A DNA stretch of 30,524 nucleotides. Source: a virus (Duplodnaviria; Caudoviricetes). The translations under genes were made by a program, and so were the position numbers. The notes below the pieces were generated by a model, which saw nothing but the letters and a program-made list of their open reading frames with translations, searched no databases and had not been told where the DNA came from. Shown piece by piece: positions 1-8,893 of the stretch (within the stretch, counting starts at the first letter, position 1; every line of letters begins with the position of its first letter). The stretch covers positions 1 to 30,524 of the IMG/VR virus record IMGVR_UViG_3300042900_000435; one strand, written 5' to 3'.

Positions 1-1529
1 TCGTCTACACGATCTAGCATCTCGAGTCCTACCTTAACAATAGTGTGTGCGTGTCGATCATCATCCAACGGAGCACCGTGTATGTGCATGCTAGCATCAC
101 CTACATACTTGAGAACCATGCCGTTGGCATCAATGATAGGAATAGTGATAGCATCCATGTATCCGTTCATATACTTGGCTAGACCTTCAGGACCACCATT
201 GCCTGGTTTGTCAAAATATTCGCCGATAGGTGTAAAACCACGTAGGTCGCTAAACATAACACTTACGTCTTTCTTAATGCCCTTCTTGATTAGATCCGGA
301 TTCTCTTGTAACAGTCTAACTACTTCAGGCGAGCAGTAACCAGCAAATTGTTTCTTTATGGCCTGCTTTTGTAAGAACTCGCTTACAAACTTAACGCCGT
401 AAGTATGAAGAGCAACGATAACAAGCCCAGCCGCGAGCGCAGTCGCGTCTGATAGGATGAGCCAATTATTGAAAGCGTAGATAGTACCAGGAACGACGGC
501 ACCAACAATAACCACAGTAGCACCAATGCCAACATAAGTCCACCTCGACAAGAAAATTAATAATATGCCGAATGCTAGTAATGCTAGTATTTCAACTCCG
601 TCGGCATAGTCAGGACGTTGAATCACTACTCCGTTGATCATAGTTGCCATTACTGCCGCTTGCACATCTTGTGGCCACACTGCACCTTTGGCTGTAGGCA
701 AAGGATTGGCAATGCCAGCTGCGGTTGGACCCACAATCACGATAGCACCATTAAAGTTTTTGGGCAAGTCTAATAGACTCGCCTGCTGGTTTTCTTGACT
801 CCAATCGATCCACACACGACCTAATGCATCTGTTGTAATAGGACCAAACTTGGGTATACGCATTTTCTCAACACCAAGCTCGTTGAGCTTGACTTGAAAT
901 GTTGAGTCGCCAGCGGCCACACGAAGTGCTTCCATAGACATACTGGGATACAGTTTGCCATCAACAGATACAACTAGGGGAAGTCTACGATTAACACCAT
1001 CTACTTCTGGTAGTGTGCTAACAATACCAATACCTGCTGCTGCGTTTTCTAGCTGCGGTACATTAGCAATTAATCCAGGATACTGTATAATTTGACCTAA
1101 GTGCTCTGGACCTAACACTGCTGAGCCAGGATTGCGAGGAGAGTTCTTGGTTTTTTGCGATGGCACGCTGCCCATTACAACTGGATATTGTTTTAGGGCA
1201 TTTGCGAGAACAGCATCGCCACCAGTGCGATCAGGCTCAGCCATGATAACATTGAGCACAACAAGGCCAGCACCACGATCATACAAATCTTTAATAATTT
1301 TTGCATACTCTGCCCTGGGTAGTGGCCATTGGCCATATTTGTCTAAGGCTGCTTCATCTATGTTTACTGTATAGATGTTGTTGGCAGTTGGAGCTTTTTG
1401 TGTAATTAGTGTGTCAAAGTAGCGTAGTCTTACACTTTCTACAAAGACAGGATCGGCGATTCTTATACTTACAATAAGTGCCAATGTTAATAGGGCAGTC
1501 CAAGGACTTAGGAGGATTTTTTTCAGCAT
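1..1529 (-). CDS. CHASE2-domain class III adenylate/guanylate cyclase (3' end runs off the window; absent from the ORF track)
   Basis: Manual translation from ATG 1529: MLKKILLSPWTALLTLAL (TM), CHASE2 motifs TVNIDEAALDKYGQWPLPR and LPEVDGVNRRLPLV, a hydrophobic TM bundle, then in-frame cyclase motifs VMFSDLRGFT (M at 257) and MVLKYVGDA (M at 119). The Lys of KYVGD suggests ATP specificity. Confidence 0.93.
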   Translation of the reverse strand, partial: MLKKILLSPWTALLTLALIVSIRIADPVFVESVRLRYFDTLITQKAPTANNIYTVNIDEAALDKYGQWPLPRAEYAKIIKDLYDRGAGLVVLNVIMAEPDRTGGDAVLANALKQYPVVMGSVPSQKTKNSPRNPGSAVLGPEHLGQIIQYPGLIANVPQLENAAAGIGIVSTLPEVDGVNRRLPLVVSVDGKLYPSMSMEALRVAAGDSTFQVKLNELGVEKMRIPKFGPITTDALGRVWIDWSQENQQASLLDLPKNFNGAIVIVGPTAAGIANPLPTAKGAVWPQDVQAAVMATMINGVVIQRPDYADGVEILALLAFGILLIFLSRWTYVGIGATVVIVGAVVPGTIYAFNNWLILSDATALAAGLVIVALHTYGVKFVSEFLQKQAIKKQFAGYCSPEVVRLLQENPDLIKKGIKKDVSVMFSDLRGFTPIGEYFDKPGNGGPEGLAKYMNGYMDAITIPIIDANGMVLKYVGDASMHIHGAPLDDDRHAHTIVKVGLEMLDRVD

Positions 1530-1545
1530 GAAATATTTATGCTGT

Positions 1546-3219
1546 TTATTGTCCCTGTGTCACAGTAATTTTAGCACATCCGCCGGCAGTGGTACAGTTA
1601 TGCGTGATTGAATAGTAGTTTTGAGTACTGCCACTTTGTGTTAAGCTCAGATCAGTAGGCGTGCCGCTTAGATTAACTTTGGCCATATGGCCTGCACTAC
1701 CTTGTTGTAGTATATCTACATTTTTATTACCGCCGCTCAGTGTGACTTCAGCATAGTGACTACCACTGTCTTTTTGTTGCACTAGTAAACTGTTGTTATT
1801 GCTACCGACATCGGCAAATATTCCTTTGCTGCCACCAGTACTGGTCTGTTGTAGATCTACTGAGTTAAAATTGCCCACAACTCTCAAGTCAACATAGTTT
1901 ACCTGTGTCGTGGCATTACCAGTTTGTGTGATGTTAACATCGTTGCTTAGGCCGTTGCCATAGTAATTAACATAATTATTTCGTGTACCAGATTGATTGA
2001 CGATAACTTCATTCTGTGTTCCAAGTTGTTCAATATTAACTTTACTATCGGCAGTTGTTCTGTTAGTAAATGTTAAAACTTTGGCTGTATTTGTTGTATT
2101 TGCATTGAAAGATGCTGCTGATCCTCCACAGCATAATGTGTTGTTAGCTGCGGTCACTGGATCAACAATTGTATTACTAGATGCTGTTGATGTTGTTGTG
2201 CTGTTGGCATCATAGTAATAGGTAATCTCCGCAATCTGCATACTGTCGCAATTCAGCCCGCACCCATCACCTGCTTTGGTAGTTGGAAACAGCATAAAGT
2301 AATATGTGTAAGCAGTGGTATTACCTGTGCTAATCACTGAGCTAGTAGTAAAACGATTTTCACTTAATGTGATAGAATCTTGCTTAATCAATGTCCAAGT
2401 CGAACCATCATTACTGCCGTATAGTTTATAACTTGTAGGATCACGTCCACTAAAATCGTTGGCTGTGGTAACTGTAAATCCTGTCACTATTCTACCGGAA
2501 TTTAACTGAACAGTAACACCTGCATTCTTCTTATCAAAGTTTAGATATTTTGTATTTGGATTATTATCAAATGCATTATTAGGACCTTCACCGCCGGGAC
2601 TATTATTACTAGTTGGTATTGCTCTAGTAATATTAACTGTGGCACTGTTCATGTAGATTGCTGTAGGCGCAGGTGGAGGAGGACCTGCCGGTGCGGCAGT
2701 TTGCCCAGCAGCCAATGGAGTTGTTGATCCGTTAGCAGCGTATGAGTTAACCTGCGCCACTGTGGGATTCACTGTGCCAGTCCATGACAATCCGCTAGTA
2801 TTGGCAAATCCTTGTGTCATACTAAACAACTGGCCAGTATTGTTATCGTTACCTACAAAGAAGAAATAGTCTGTGCCCATATTAATAATACGTCCAGTTC
2901 CCATCACTGCTTTCTGTGTGCCTCCTGAACTAAATTGCACAGCGTTCCAGGGGTTAGTTGAATTACCAGTAGCAGCAAATGCCACATAATCACCAGTCGC
3001 CCATGCTAATTGTCCACTAGTCCAAGGGATCTTGTATGCTGTTCCTGGTTGCTTACTATAAATTTGACAAGTTGCTGTATACATACAGGCGCTGACGTTC
3101 CATTGACTGTCAGCAATTTGAAAGCGGCCAAATTTTAAATCAACAAGACCTGTTGCTTGACTATGTGCGCTCAGACAAAATGCCGTTAGAAAAGAAAATA
3201 TTAATAAGAAACGCTTCAT
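1546..3219 (-). CDS. Secreted chimeric protein: N-terminal domain, Pro linker, F5/8 type C (discoidin/CBM32-like) domain, C-terminal curlin repeats
   Basis: Signal peptide; APAGPPPPAP linker; EGPNNAFDNNPNTKY...RDPTSYKLYGSNDGSTWTLI...MQIAEI discoidin-like signature; C-terminal Q-x-G-x-x-N-x-x-x-V-x-Q repeats (IEQLGTQNEVIVNQSG and following). Confidence 0.8.
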   Translation of the reverse strand: MKRFLLIFSFLTAFCLSAHSQATGLVDLKFGRFQIADSQWNVSACMYTATCQIYSKQPGTAYKIPWTSGQLAWATGDYVAFAATGNSTNPWNAVQFSSGGTQKAVMGTGRIINMGTDYFFFVGNDNNTGQLFSMTQGFANTSGLSWTGTVNPTVAQVNSYAANGSTTPLAAGQTAAPAGPPPPAPTAIYMNSATVNITRAIPTSNNSPGGEGPNNAFDNNPNTKYLNFDKKNAGVTVQLNSGRIVTGFTVTTANDFSGRDPTSYKLYGSNDGSTWTLIKQDSITLSENRFTTSSVISTGNTTAYTYYFMLFPTTKAGDGCGLNCDSMQIAEITYYYDANSTTTSTASSNTIVDPVTAANNTLCCGGSAASFNANTTNTAKVLTFTNRTTADSKVNIEQLGTQNEVIVNQSGTRNNYVNYYGNGLSNDVNITQTGNATTQVNYVDLRVVGNFNSVDLQQTSTGGSKGIFADVGSNNNSLLVQQKDSGSHYAEVTLSGGNKNVDILQQGSAGHMAKVNLSGTPTDLSLTQSGSTQNYYSITHNCTTAGGCAKITVTQGQ

Positions 3220-4313
3220 GGTCTTCTCAATACTCCGGTCTTCTGAATAATGTTTACAACATTGCCGCCTGGATCTCCGCTACCGATTATATTAAACGCA
3301 TATTGATCGTTGTGACTGATTGATACAAAAGTATTCGAATCGTATCCGGATGTTTTTACTTCAGCGTAGTGATCTACATTACTTCTGTAGGCTGTGCCTT
3401 TACCTTTACTTTGTATATCAGATGAATCATTCTTTTCCCACGCCACACATACTGATGTGCTAGCATTACAACCAATCTTTCCAGCTGCTTCCATCATGGC
3501 AAGTATCCGAGCACTTTCAATAGCTTCGTTTGTTTCTCTAACTCTCATGGCAATTCGACGTTGTGCTTCTACTTCAATATCTTCAAATTCTCGATCTTGT
3601 TTTGATCTTGCTTGTTGTTTTATTGCGAGCATAACTTCTTGAGGCTTAACAAGAATTAAATTGTTACCTATATTGCCTTCGATAGTATTAACAACAACCG
3701 GGGCAGTTGGCATCATTGAAGCACTAGTGACATAGGTAGCTTCAAACGCTTTGTCTAGAGTCACTGATCCGATGCCTGTACTTACTGTGATACTGCCTAC
3801 TTTACAACGTTGTTCGTCTAATTCAAATTGTTTAACATCTTTTTCGTCTTTACAACTAGGAACCAGCATGACAAGACTTTGCCCAGTTTCGTCCACAGTC
3901 ATAGTGAAGTCAGTGCCACGCACTGCCACCGTGGCTGTTGGGGTTTTAATGTTTACCTGTTGCGGATTATTTTTAGCAATTTGTCCACTAGCGTATCGGA
4001 CAGTGCCCATACCAACTTTGAGCGCGAGCTTGCCTGCATCTGATTTCTTAGGATCGAAAACAAAATCGTCGATAAGCAATCTGCTGTTTTCTGTAACCTT
4101 GACTTTGGTATCATCTTTGAATGTTATATTACTTACACAGGCACCGGTTGTGTAGGTGTCCATGCTTTCAATGTCAGCCCCCTTGACTCCTGAAAGTTTT
4201 TTCTTGTTGCGTTCAACTTCACAGGCTGTGCCTTTGTTTTCTGAAACCGTGCCAATGCCAGCCCAGGAAGGGCTGGCCACTGTTAGCAATAGGGCTAACA
4301 ATATGACACGCAT
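3216..4313 (-). CDS. FecR-domain exported protein
   Basis: Signal peptide (ASPSWA); FecR motif ITFKDDTKVKVTENSRL...GTVRYASG...IKTPTATVAVRGTDF; ATGA overlap with the downstream gene. Confidence 0.85.
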   Translation of the reverse strand: MRVILLALLLTVASPSWAGIGTVSENKGTACEVERNKKKLSGVKGADIESMDTYTTGACVSNITFKDDTKVKVTENSRLLIDDFVFDPKKSDAGKLALKVGMGTVRYASGQIAKNNPQQVNIKTPTATVAVRGTDFTMTVDETGQSLVMLVPSCKDEKDVKQFELDEQRCKVGSITVSTGIGSVTLDKAFEATYVTSASMMPTAPVVVNTIEGNIGNNLILVKPQEVMLAIKQQARSKQDREFEDIEVEAQRRIAMRVRETNEAIESARILAMMEAAGKIGCNASTSVCVAWEKNDSSDIQSKGKGTAYRSNVDHYAEVKTSGYDSNTFVSISHNDQYAFNIIGSGDPGGNVVNIIQKTGVLRRP

Positions 4314-4315
4314 AA

Positions 4316-5131
4316 TTACCTCGCAATCGCTGTGGCTGGTGATACAATGTTCGAACTACTTGTACGAACTGTGATAGTGTTGTTGCTACCCTGTGTTTGT
4401 ATATTAACTGTGGTATCGTTGGTACCTTGTTGCTGAGTGGTAATACTGTTATAGTCACCAACGGTATTCATGGCAAGAATATGTCCGTTAGCACCGGCTG
4501 CATCCATTTGCTGAATGTTGAATACGTTGGCATTACCGTTAACAATATTAGATACTTGACCTCTGCTACTTAACAAACTGCTAGTAACTTGGTTGTTGTC
4601 ACCATCTAACACTGTGTTAGTTGTGATATTGCTACCGACTAGCTCTTGTAGAATCATGTTGTTATTACCGATAATTTGTTCTGTAATAACGTTTTGACTG
4701 TTAGTAGCATTATTGGGATTGCCAACAGTCAGTCTAGTTTGATTACCATTACCTAACATGTTGGTAGTATAACTATTATTGCTACCGCGAATGTTATACT
4801 GGCTGCTATTAGCATTGCCGGTTTGTGTGATGTTAACCGTATTTGTGCTGCCTGTAATAGTTCCGTAGTTTGTTGCGCTAGGAGCATCTGGTGTCAGTGT
4901 GGTAATACCTGTTCCAGATACTGCGGTTGCTACTGTTGTAGTAACACCGCCAACATTGTTTGTCCCGCCAACCTGTTCGATAGTGATAGTATTGCTACTA
5001 CCAACTTGTTCGATATAGACTTTGTTAGGGCCTGTTGCTGTCTGAGCACCACTTATGGTGGCAAAGCTCAAAAGCATCACTGTGAGTAATTTTCTCGACA
5101 ACTCACTACCGCCTGTCATTGTTTGTTTCAT
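4316..5131 (-). CDS. Curlin-repeat protein (CsgA/CsgB-like amyloid subunit)
   Basis: Signal peptide; N/Q/G/T-rich; repeated IEQVGSSNTITIEQVGG, ITQTGNANSS, QQQGTNDTTVNIQTQGSNNTITV; lies next to csgG/csgF. Confidence 0.85.
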   Translation of the reverse strand: MKQTMTGGSELSRKLLTVMLLSFATISGAQTATGPNKVYIEQVGSSNTITIEQVGGTNNVGGVTTTVATAVSGTGITTLTPDAPSATNYGTITGSTNTVNITQTGNANSSQYNIRGSNNSYTTNMLGNGNQTRLTVGNPNNATNSQNVITEQIIGNNNMILQELVGSNITTNTVLDGDNNQVTSSLLSSRGQVSNIVNGNANVFNIQQMDAAGANGHILAMNTVGDYNSITTQQQGTNDTTVNIQTQGSNNTITVRTSSSNIVSPATAIAR

Positions 5132-5228
5132 TTTTTTTCTAATGTCAGTTTATTTTTTGCTGACAAGTTCCTTGGACCTGTGTCCGTTGATAATATTTAC
5201 TTGCTCCTATTACAATATTATACTCCGC

Positions 5229-5276
5229 TGTTAAAATTTCAACATGTTAAAATTCCAACATGTTAAAATTCCAACA
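5229..5276. repeat. Three tandem 16-bp palindromic units TGTTAAAATT(T/C)CAACA (TGTT-N8-AACA); candidate CRP/Clr-family boxes
   Basis: Units at 5229-5244, 5245-5260 and 5261-5276 in the csgG-curlin spacer; minus-strand TATAAT at 5217-5222. Confidence 0.85.
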
Positions 5277-5279
5277 CCA

Positions 5280-6524
5280 TTAAGGTTTGTCAACCAGTAC
5301 ATCCTGCTTAACAAATCCTGATCTCTTTTCTGAATCGCTTACTTTGTGCCAGCCTTCTGGTCCCGGAGCAATAATGGTTAATTCAGTGCCTTTCTTTAAC
5401 AGCCAGGTGCGCTGACTTTTTTCATTTGCTTCTTTATAAACATATGAATCTTCTTTTAAATATCTAGCACCAAATAAATCTACTGTGGGCTTTATGCCAG
5501 TTTGCATCGCTGTTACTTTTAAATCAGCTGTAGGTTCTTCTTTCTTTACTTCTTGGGAGGTACTGGATACGGTTTCGGTTTTGGTTTCGGATTTGGTCTG
5601 TGGTTGAACCAACTCATCTTTCTTCTCCTCTACTGCTGGTGCAGGTGCAACTATTGGTGCGGGTATCGTTGGAATAACAGCAACCGGAGCACTTACTTTA
5701 TTGCTTTTAAATGCCCAGTGACCTTTGCGGGCACCTTCGTTGATAGTTTGAATTACTGCTGCCTGTACAGCTACGTCGATTGCCTTGTTGATGCTTTCAT
5801 TTATACTGCCGCCGACTTCACCCTCTAACGCATTTGCGTTAGCACCTAAAGTTGTGCCGTCTCCAACAAATCGCAATAATGTTACTTTGTCCATATAACT
5901 CAAGACTGTTTTGGTCACAGTCACTGTTGTTAAAATTTCGCCTGTAGACACGCTCACGGTTCTTAATGTCACTGTCACAGTGTCTGATTGATATTGTGTG
6001 CTTGCACCAATACCAAACAGTCTCACTCCACTGCCGCCTGTTAGGGTATTTGAATCATAGCCAACAATACCACCTTCCATGATAATTCCAGCAAACATCA
6101 TTGGAGGCAACAGCTTGGCATCACGTCCTTGATATTGTTCACGCATTTGACGAATCATTTGACGTTCTTTAATCAAGTTCTCTAGACCGACACGTTCTAA
6201 CACTGTGAACCAGCGTTGATCACCTACATCCTGCAGGGCCTTGATTAGATAGTTTTCAGCACCTTGCGTAACTGCTGAACTTAATGACGCAATCAGTGGC
6301 TGGCTTTTACGCTGCCCTGTTAGATCTCTAAATCCATACACTGCCACTGTTAACGGACCGCCTTCTGGTGGTTGTAATTTATTAGCGTCTTTCTTTAGAA
6401 ATTTACTAGACTCGACTTTTGGTTCGTCAAACTGATTTCCAGTTATTTTTTCTCTGATAGCTGAACTCGATGCGCAGCCAGTTAATACTGCAACAACTGC
6501 CAAGGATAATAATGTCTTTTTCAT
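5280..6524 (-). CDS. csgG: Curli secretion channel lipoprotein CsgG with C-terminal linker and SH3b-like domain
   Basis: Lipobox LTGC; CsgG motifs VAVYGFRDLTGQRK, LSSAVTQGA, WFTVLERVGLENLIKERQMIR, EGGIVGYDSN; last ~60 aa (LLKKGTELTII...GWHKV...SGFV) look like SH3b. Confidence 0.92.
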   Translation of the reverse strand: MKKTLLSLAVVAVLTGCASSSAIREKITGNQFDEPKVESSKFLKKDANKLQPPEGGPLTVAVYGFRDLTGQRKSQPLIASLSSAVTQGAENYLIKALQDVGDQRWFTVLERVGLENLIKERQMIRQMREQYQGRDAKLLPPMMFAGIIMEGGIVGYDSNTLTGGSGVRLFGIGASTQYQSDTVTVTLRTVSVSTGEILTTVTVTKTVLSYMDKVTLLRFVGDGTTLGANANALEGEVGGSINESINKAIDVAVQAAVIQTINEGARKGHWAFKSNKVSAPVAVIPTIPAPIVAPAPAVEEKKDELVQPQTKSETKTETVSSTSQEVKKEEPTADLKVTAMQTGIKPTVDLFGARYLKEDSYVYKEANEKSQRTWLLKKGTELTIIAPGPEGWHKVSDSEKRSGFVKQDVLVDKP

Positions 6525-6527
6525 CGA

Positions 6528-7013
6528 TTATCCCCCAAATCCAAATGTGCCGCTAGGCACGATCATTTCTGTAAATTGTCTTGGATCTAGTACATTTTCA
6601 ATTCTAACAACAATATTAGTGCCTACTACTTTCCAAGTAATGAAATTACCTGCCACTTCCATCTCGCCACAGTTACCTGAATTGTTAGCAGTGCAAACTG
6701 GAACACCATTAACACCAAACAAACTGTCTGTAATTTGTTTGGCTAGTTGTGAATAGATACGACTTTCTAAATTTGCTTTAAATTTAGCCTGCGGAGTGTT
6801 TAGTGCATCAGATTCTGCTTTTGCTTTTAGAGCATCGGCAGCAGCCTTATTTTTATCCCTAGCTTGTGTTTCTAATTGGTGTATAGTTAAGACGTGAGAA
6901 CTAAAACCAATACCACTAAAGGATGGGCTGTTAAAATTATGTTGTAATTCTGCACTGTTAGCTGCTGTTGCAATTGTAGCCATCAATGCGGTGGCTATTA
7001 TAAACTTAACCAT
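6528..7013 (-). CDS. csgF: Curli assembly protein CsgF
   Basis: Signal peptide followed by AELQHNFNSPSFSG (CsgF N-terminal NPxFGG-like motif) and FKANLESRIYSQLAKQI; directly upstream of csgG. Confidence 0.85.
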   Translation of the reverse strand: MVKFIIATALMATIATAANSAELQHNFNSPSFSGIGFSSHVLTIHQLETQARDKNKAAADALKAKAESDALNTPQAKFKANLESRIYSQLAKQITDSLFGVNGVPVCTANNSGNCGEMEVAGNFITWKVVGTNIVVRIENVLDPRQFTEMIVPSGTFGFGG

Positions 7014-7103
7014 CGATTCGCTCCCGGTAGTTACTGTTAGTATTTACGTAGGGACGATCTAAAGTTAACTGATTAGTTTAATCTAGATTAAAAGGATAGT
7101 TTA

Positions 7104-8201
7104 TTACGGTACCTTGACCTGCATACCATTCTGAGCACCGCCATCGATCCCTAATTTTTGTATGATCATAGTTTGTGCAAATTGGTCGGCAGTTTCAATG
7201 TATATGATATTTCCGGAACCGGTGTTGATGAATAATATTCCTTTAAATTCATCATGTGTTTTATAATAATCAAATGCGTATTTTTTTAATGCTGTGTAAA
7301 AAGAATCAAATATAACCGATCCTTGATTGTTCACTGCCGGGGCAGTTAATTGATTAAGTTCTGCAGGAGTTGCATCAAGATAGATAGAATTTATAACACC
7401 GCTAAGAGATGTTCTAATAAATTTTACCACACTGGCTGGCTTGGCACCTGCATTAATCAATGTTGGCCCGAAGTTATTCCAGAAATCTGATGTTTTTCCC
7501 ACATTAACAGTAGCAGGCGCAGTAATTGGGGCTTTTAATCCCAACTTACTAGGAAGGCTTGCGGCTGCTGTTTTTAGTGCCGACAGAGTTGAAGTGCTGT
7601 TACCGTAGCCTCGAACACCTTTAATTCTTCCGCCGTTGCCTTTTACTTCAATTAATTTACCAGCAATTACTAAATCGCCAGCGTCTTTGCTTAACATGAT
7701 TTTTGGGCTACAGATAGCCAAAAACATTTCTCCTGGGCCTTTTTGTGTTTTTGTCTTACCTGTTTTAAACAGTCCTTGAATAGCTATTAACTCGGGAGCG
7801 ACTTGTTTATAAACATTGGGATAGTTAGTAACAACCAATGATTCAAGATTTTGCCATACTCCGGGTGATAGTAGTTTTTTAAGATTAATAATGCCTTTTG
7901 TTGCTAATTCTACAGCGAAGCCTTCTTTTTCTTCATATGGTGCCTTGGCATCAATAATAGCTCTAGAAATAACAGTATGCACTTGACGAAGATCTTCGTC
8001 TTTCTGTAGAATCGAATCTACGCCACCGCCGATATCAATCTTTCTTACATAAGAATAAATTTGATGCAATTCATCGATATCTGTGACCTGATCAATTTTA
8101 CTAACAATTGCCTGCTTTACATTAGTCAATTGGCTAGAATTTGCAGGAGTTTCTCCTGGGGTTTGCGATATTTTTTCTGATAAAAATTCAAAGGATCTCA
8201 T
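7104..8201 (-). CDS. Hypothetical protein with PD-(D/E)xK nuclease-like motif
   Basis: GPGEMFLAI...AGDLVIAGKLIEVKG fits an E...GD...EVK catalytic pattern. Confidence 0.55.
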   Translation of the reverse strand: MRSFEFLSEKISQTPGETPANSSQLTNVKQAIVSKIDQVTDIDELHQIYSYVRKIDIGGGVDSILQKDEDLRQVHTVISRAIIDAKAPYEEKEGFAVELATKGIINLKKLLSPGVWQNLESLVVTNYPNVYKQVAPELIAIQGLFKTGKTKTQKGPGEMFLAICSPKIMLSKDAGDLVIAGKLIEVKGNGGRIKGVRGYGNSTSTLSALKTAAASLPSKLGLKAPITAPATVNVGKTSDFWNNFGPTLINAGAKPASVVKFIRTSLSGVINSIYLDATPAELNQLTAPAVNNQGSVIFDSFYTALKKYAFDYYKTHDEFKGILFINTGSGNIIYIETADQFAQTMIIQKLGIDGGAQNGMQVKVP

Positions 8202-8209
8202 ACAGTTAT

Positions 8210-8893
8210 TTATCGGATTTCAGGGAACAGGCATTCTTGGATAAAATGCTGAACATCGTCCTCTGATAGTCCTAAACTAACCATTACACGCGGTGTATGC
8301 GGGTTACACTTCTGATTTTGTGCATAGTAGTTCTGTGCTTCTGTAGTATCTGCCGCTGTATTGTTTGTTTCAGCAACTGTGCTTAGATAGTGTTCTATTG
8401 TAGTTTTTGCTAGATCTGTGATCTGTTGTAATTCTTCTTCATCGCTGACATTACCAGCAGCAACCATGCTACCACTGAATATGTTTGTAGCCCACTCGGG
8501 CAGGGCACGTTGTTTACGCCATTCTAATTTGGCCACTTCATCATGAAACCATTGCATCATAGGATGGTCAGCATCACCCGCTTTGGAGTAATCATGGAAA
8601 CAACCTGTGATTTTGTTTTTGCCAGCAATTACATCGAAGCCGTAGATCGGTGCTGGATTATGCGTATGCGGGAAGATGCAACAATGCATCATCCAAAGTC
8701 CCTTGCTTTCTCTAGCGTCTACTACATCAACGTGAGCACGACGATACCGATCACTAGTCCACACACGATTAACCCAGCCAGGTTGATTAAATCTTTCCAT
8801 CCCAGGCTCATTAACCTCTTGACCCGTGCGGCTGAAGTTATCTTCCAATAGATGTTGGATCTCAATTAGTGTATCCCATACCTTACTCTCCAC
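8210..8893 (-). CDS. pcyX: Ferredoxin-dependent bilin reductase, PcyA/PcyX family
   Basis: RRAHVDVVD...MMHCCIFP...PIYGFDVIAG...FHDYS, LPEWATNIFS and QNYYAQNQKCNPHT motifs; Asp at the PcyA Glu76-equivalent position; adjacent heme oxygenase. Confidence 0.85.
   Translation of the reverse strand: MESKVWDTLIEIQHLLEDNFSRTGQEVNEPGMERFNQPGWVNRVWTSDRYRRAHVDVVDARESKGLWMMHCCIFPHTHNPAPIYGFDVIAGKNKITGCFHDYSKAGDADHPMMQWFHDEVAKLEWRKQRALPEWATNIFSGSMVAAGNVSDEEELQQITDLAKTTIEHYLSTVAETNNTAADTTEAQNYYAQNQKCNPHTPRVMVSLGLSEDDVQHFIQECLFPEIR

Noticed and set aside
5229-5276. Possible CRISPR array
   Set aside because: The 16-bp units are contiguous with no spacers, and there are no cas genes
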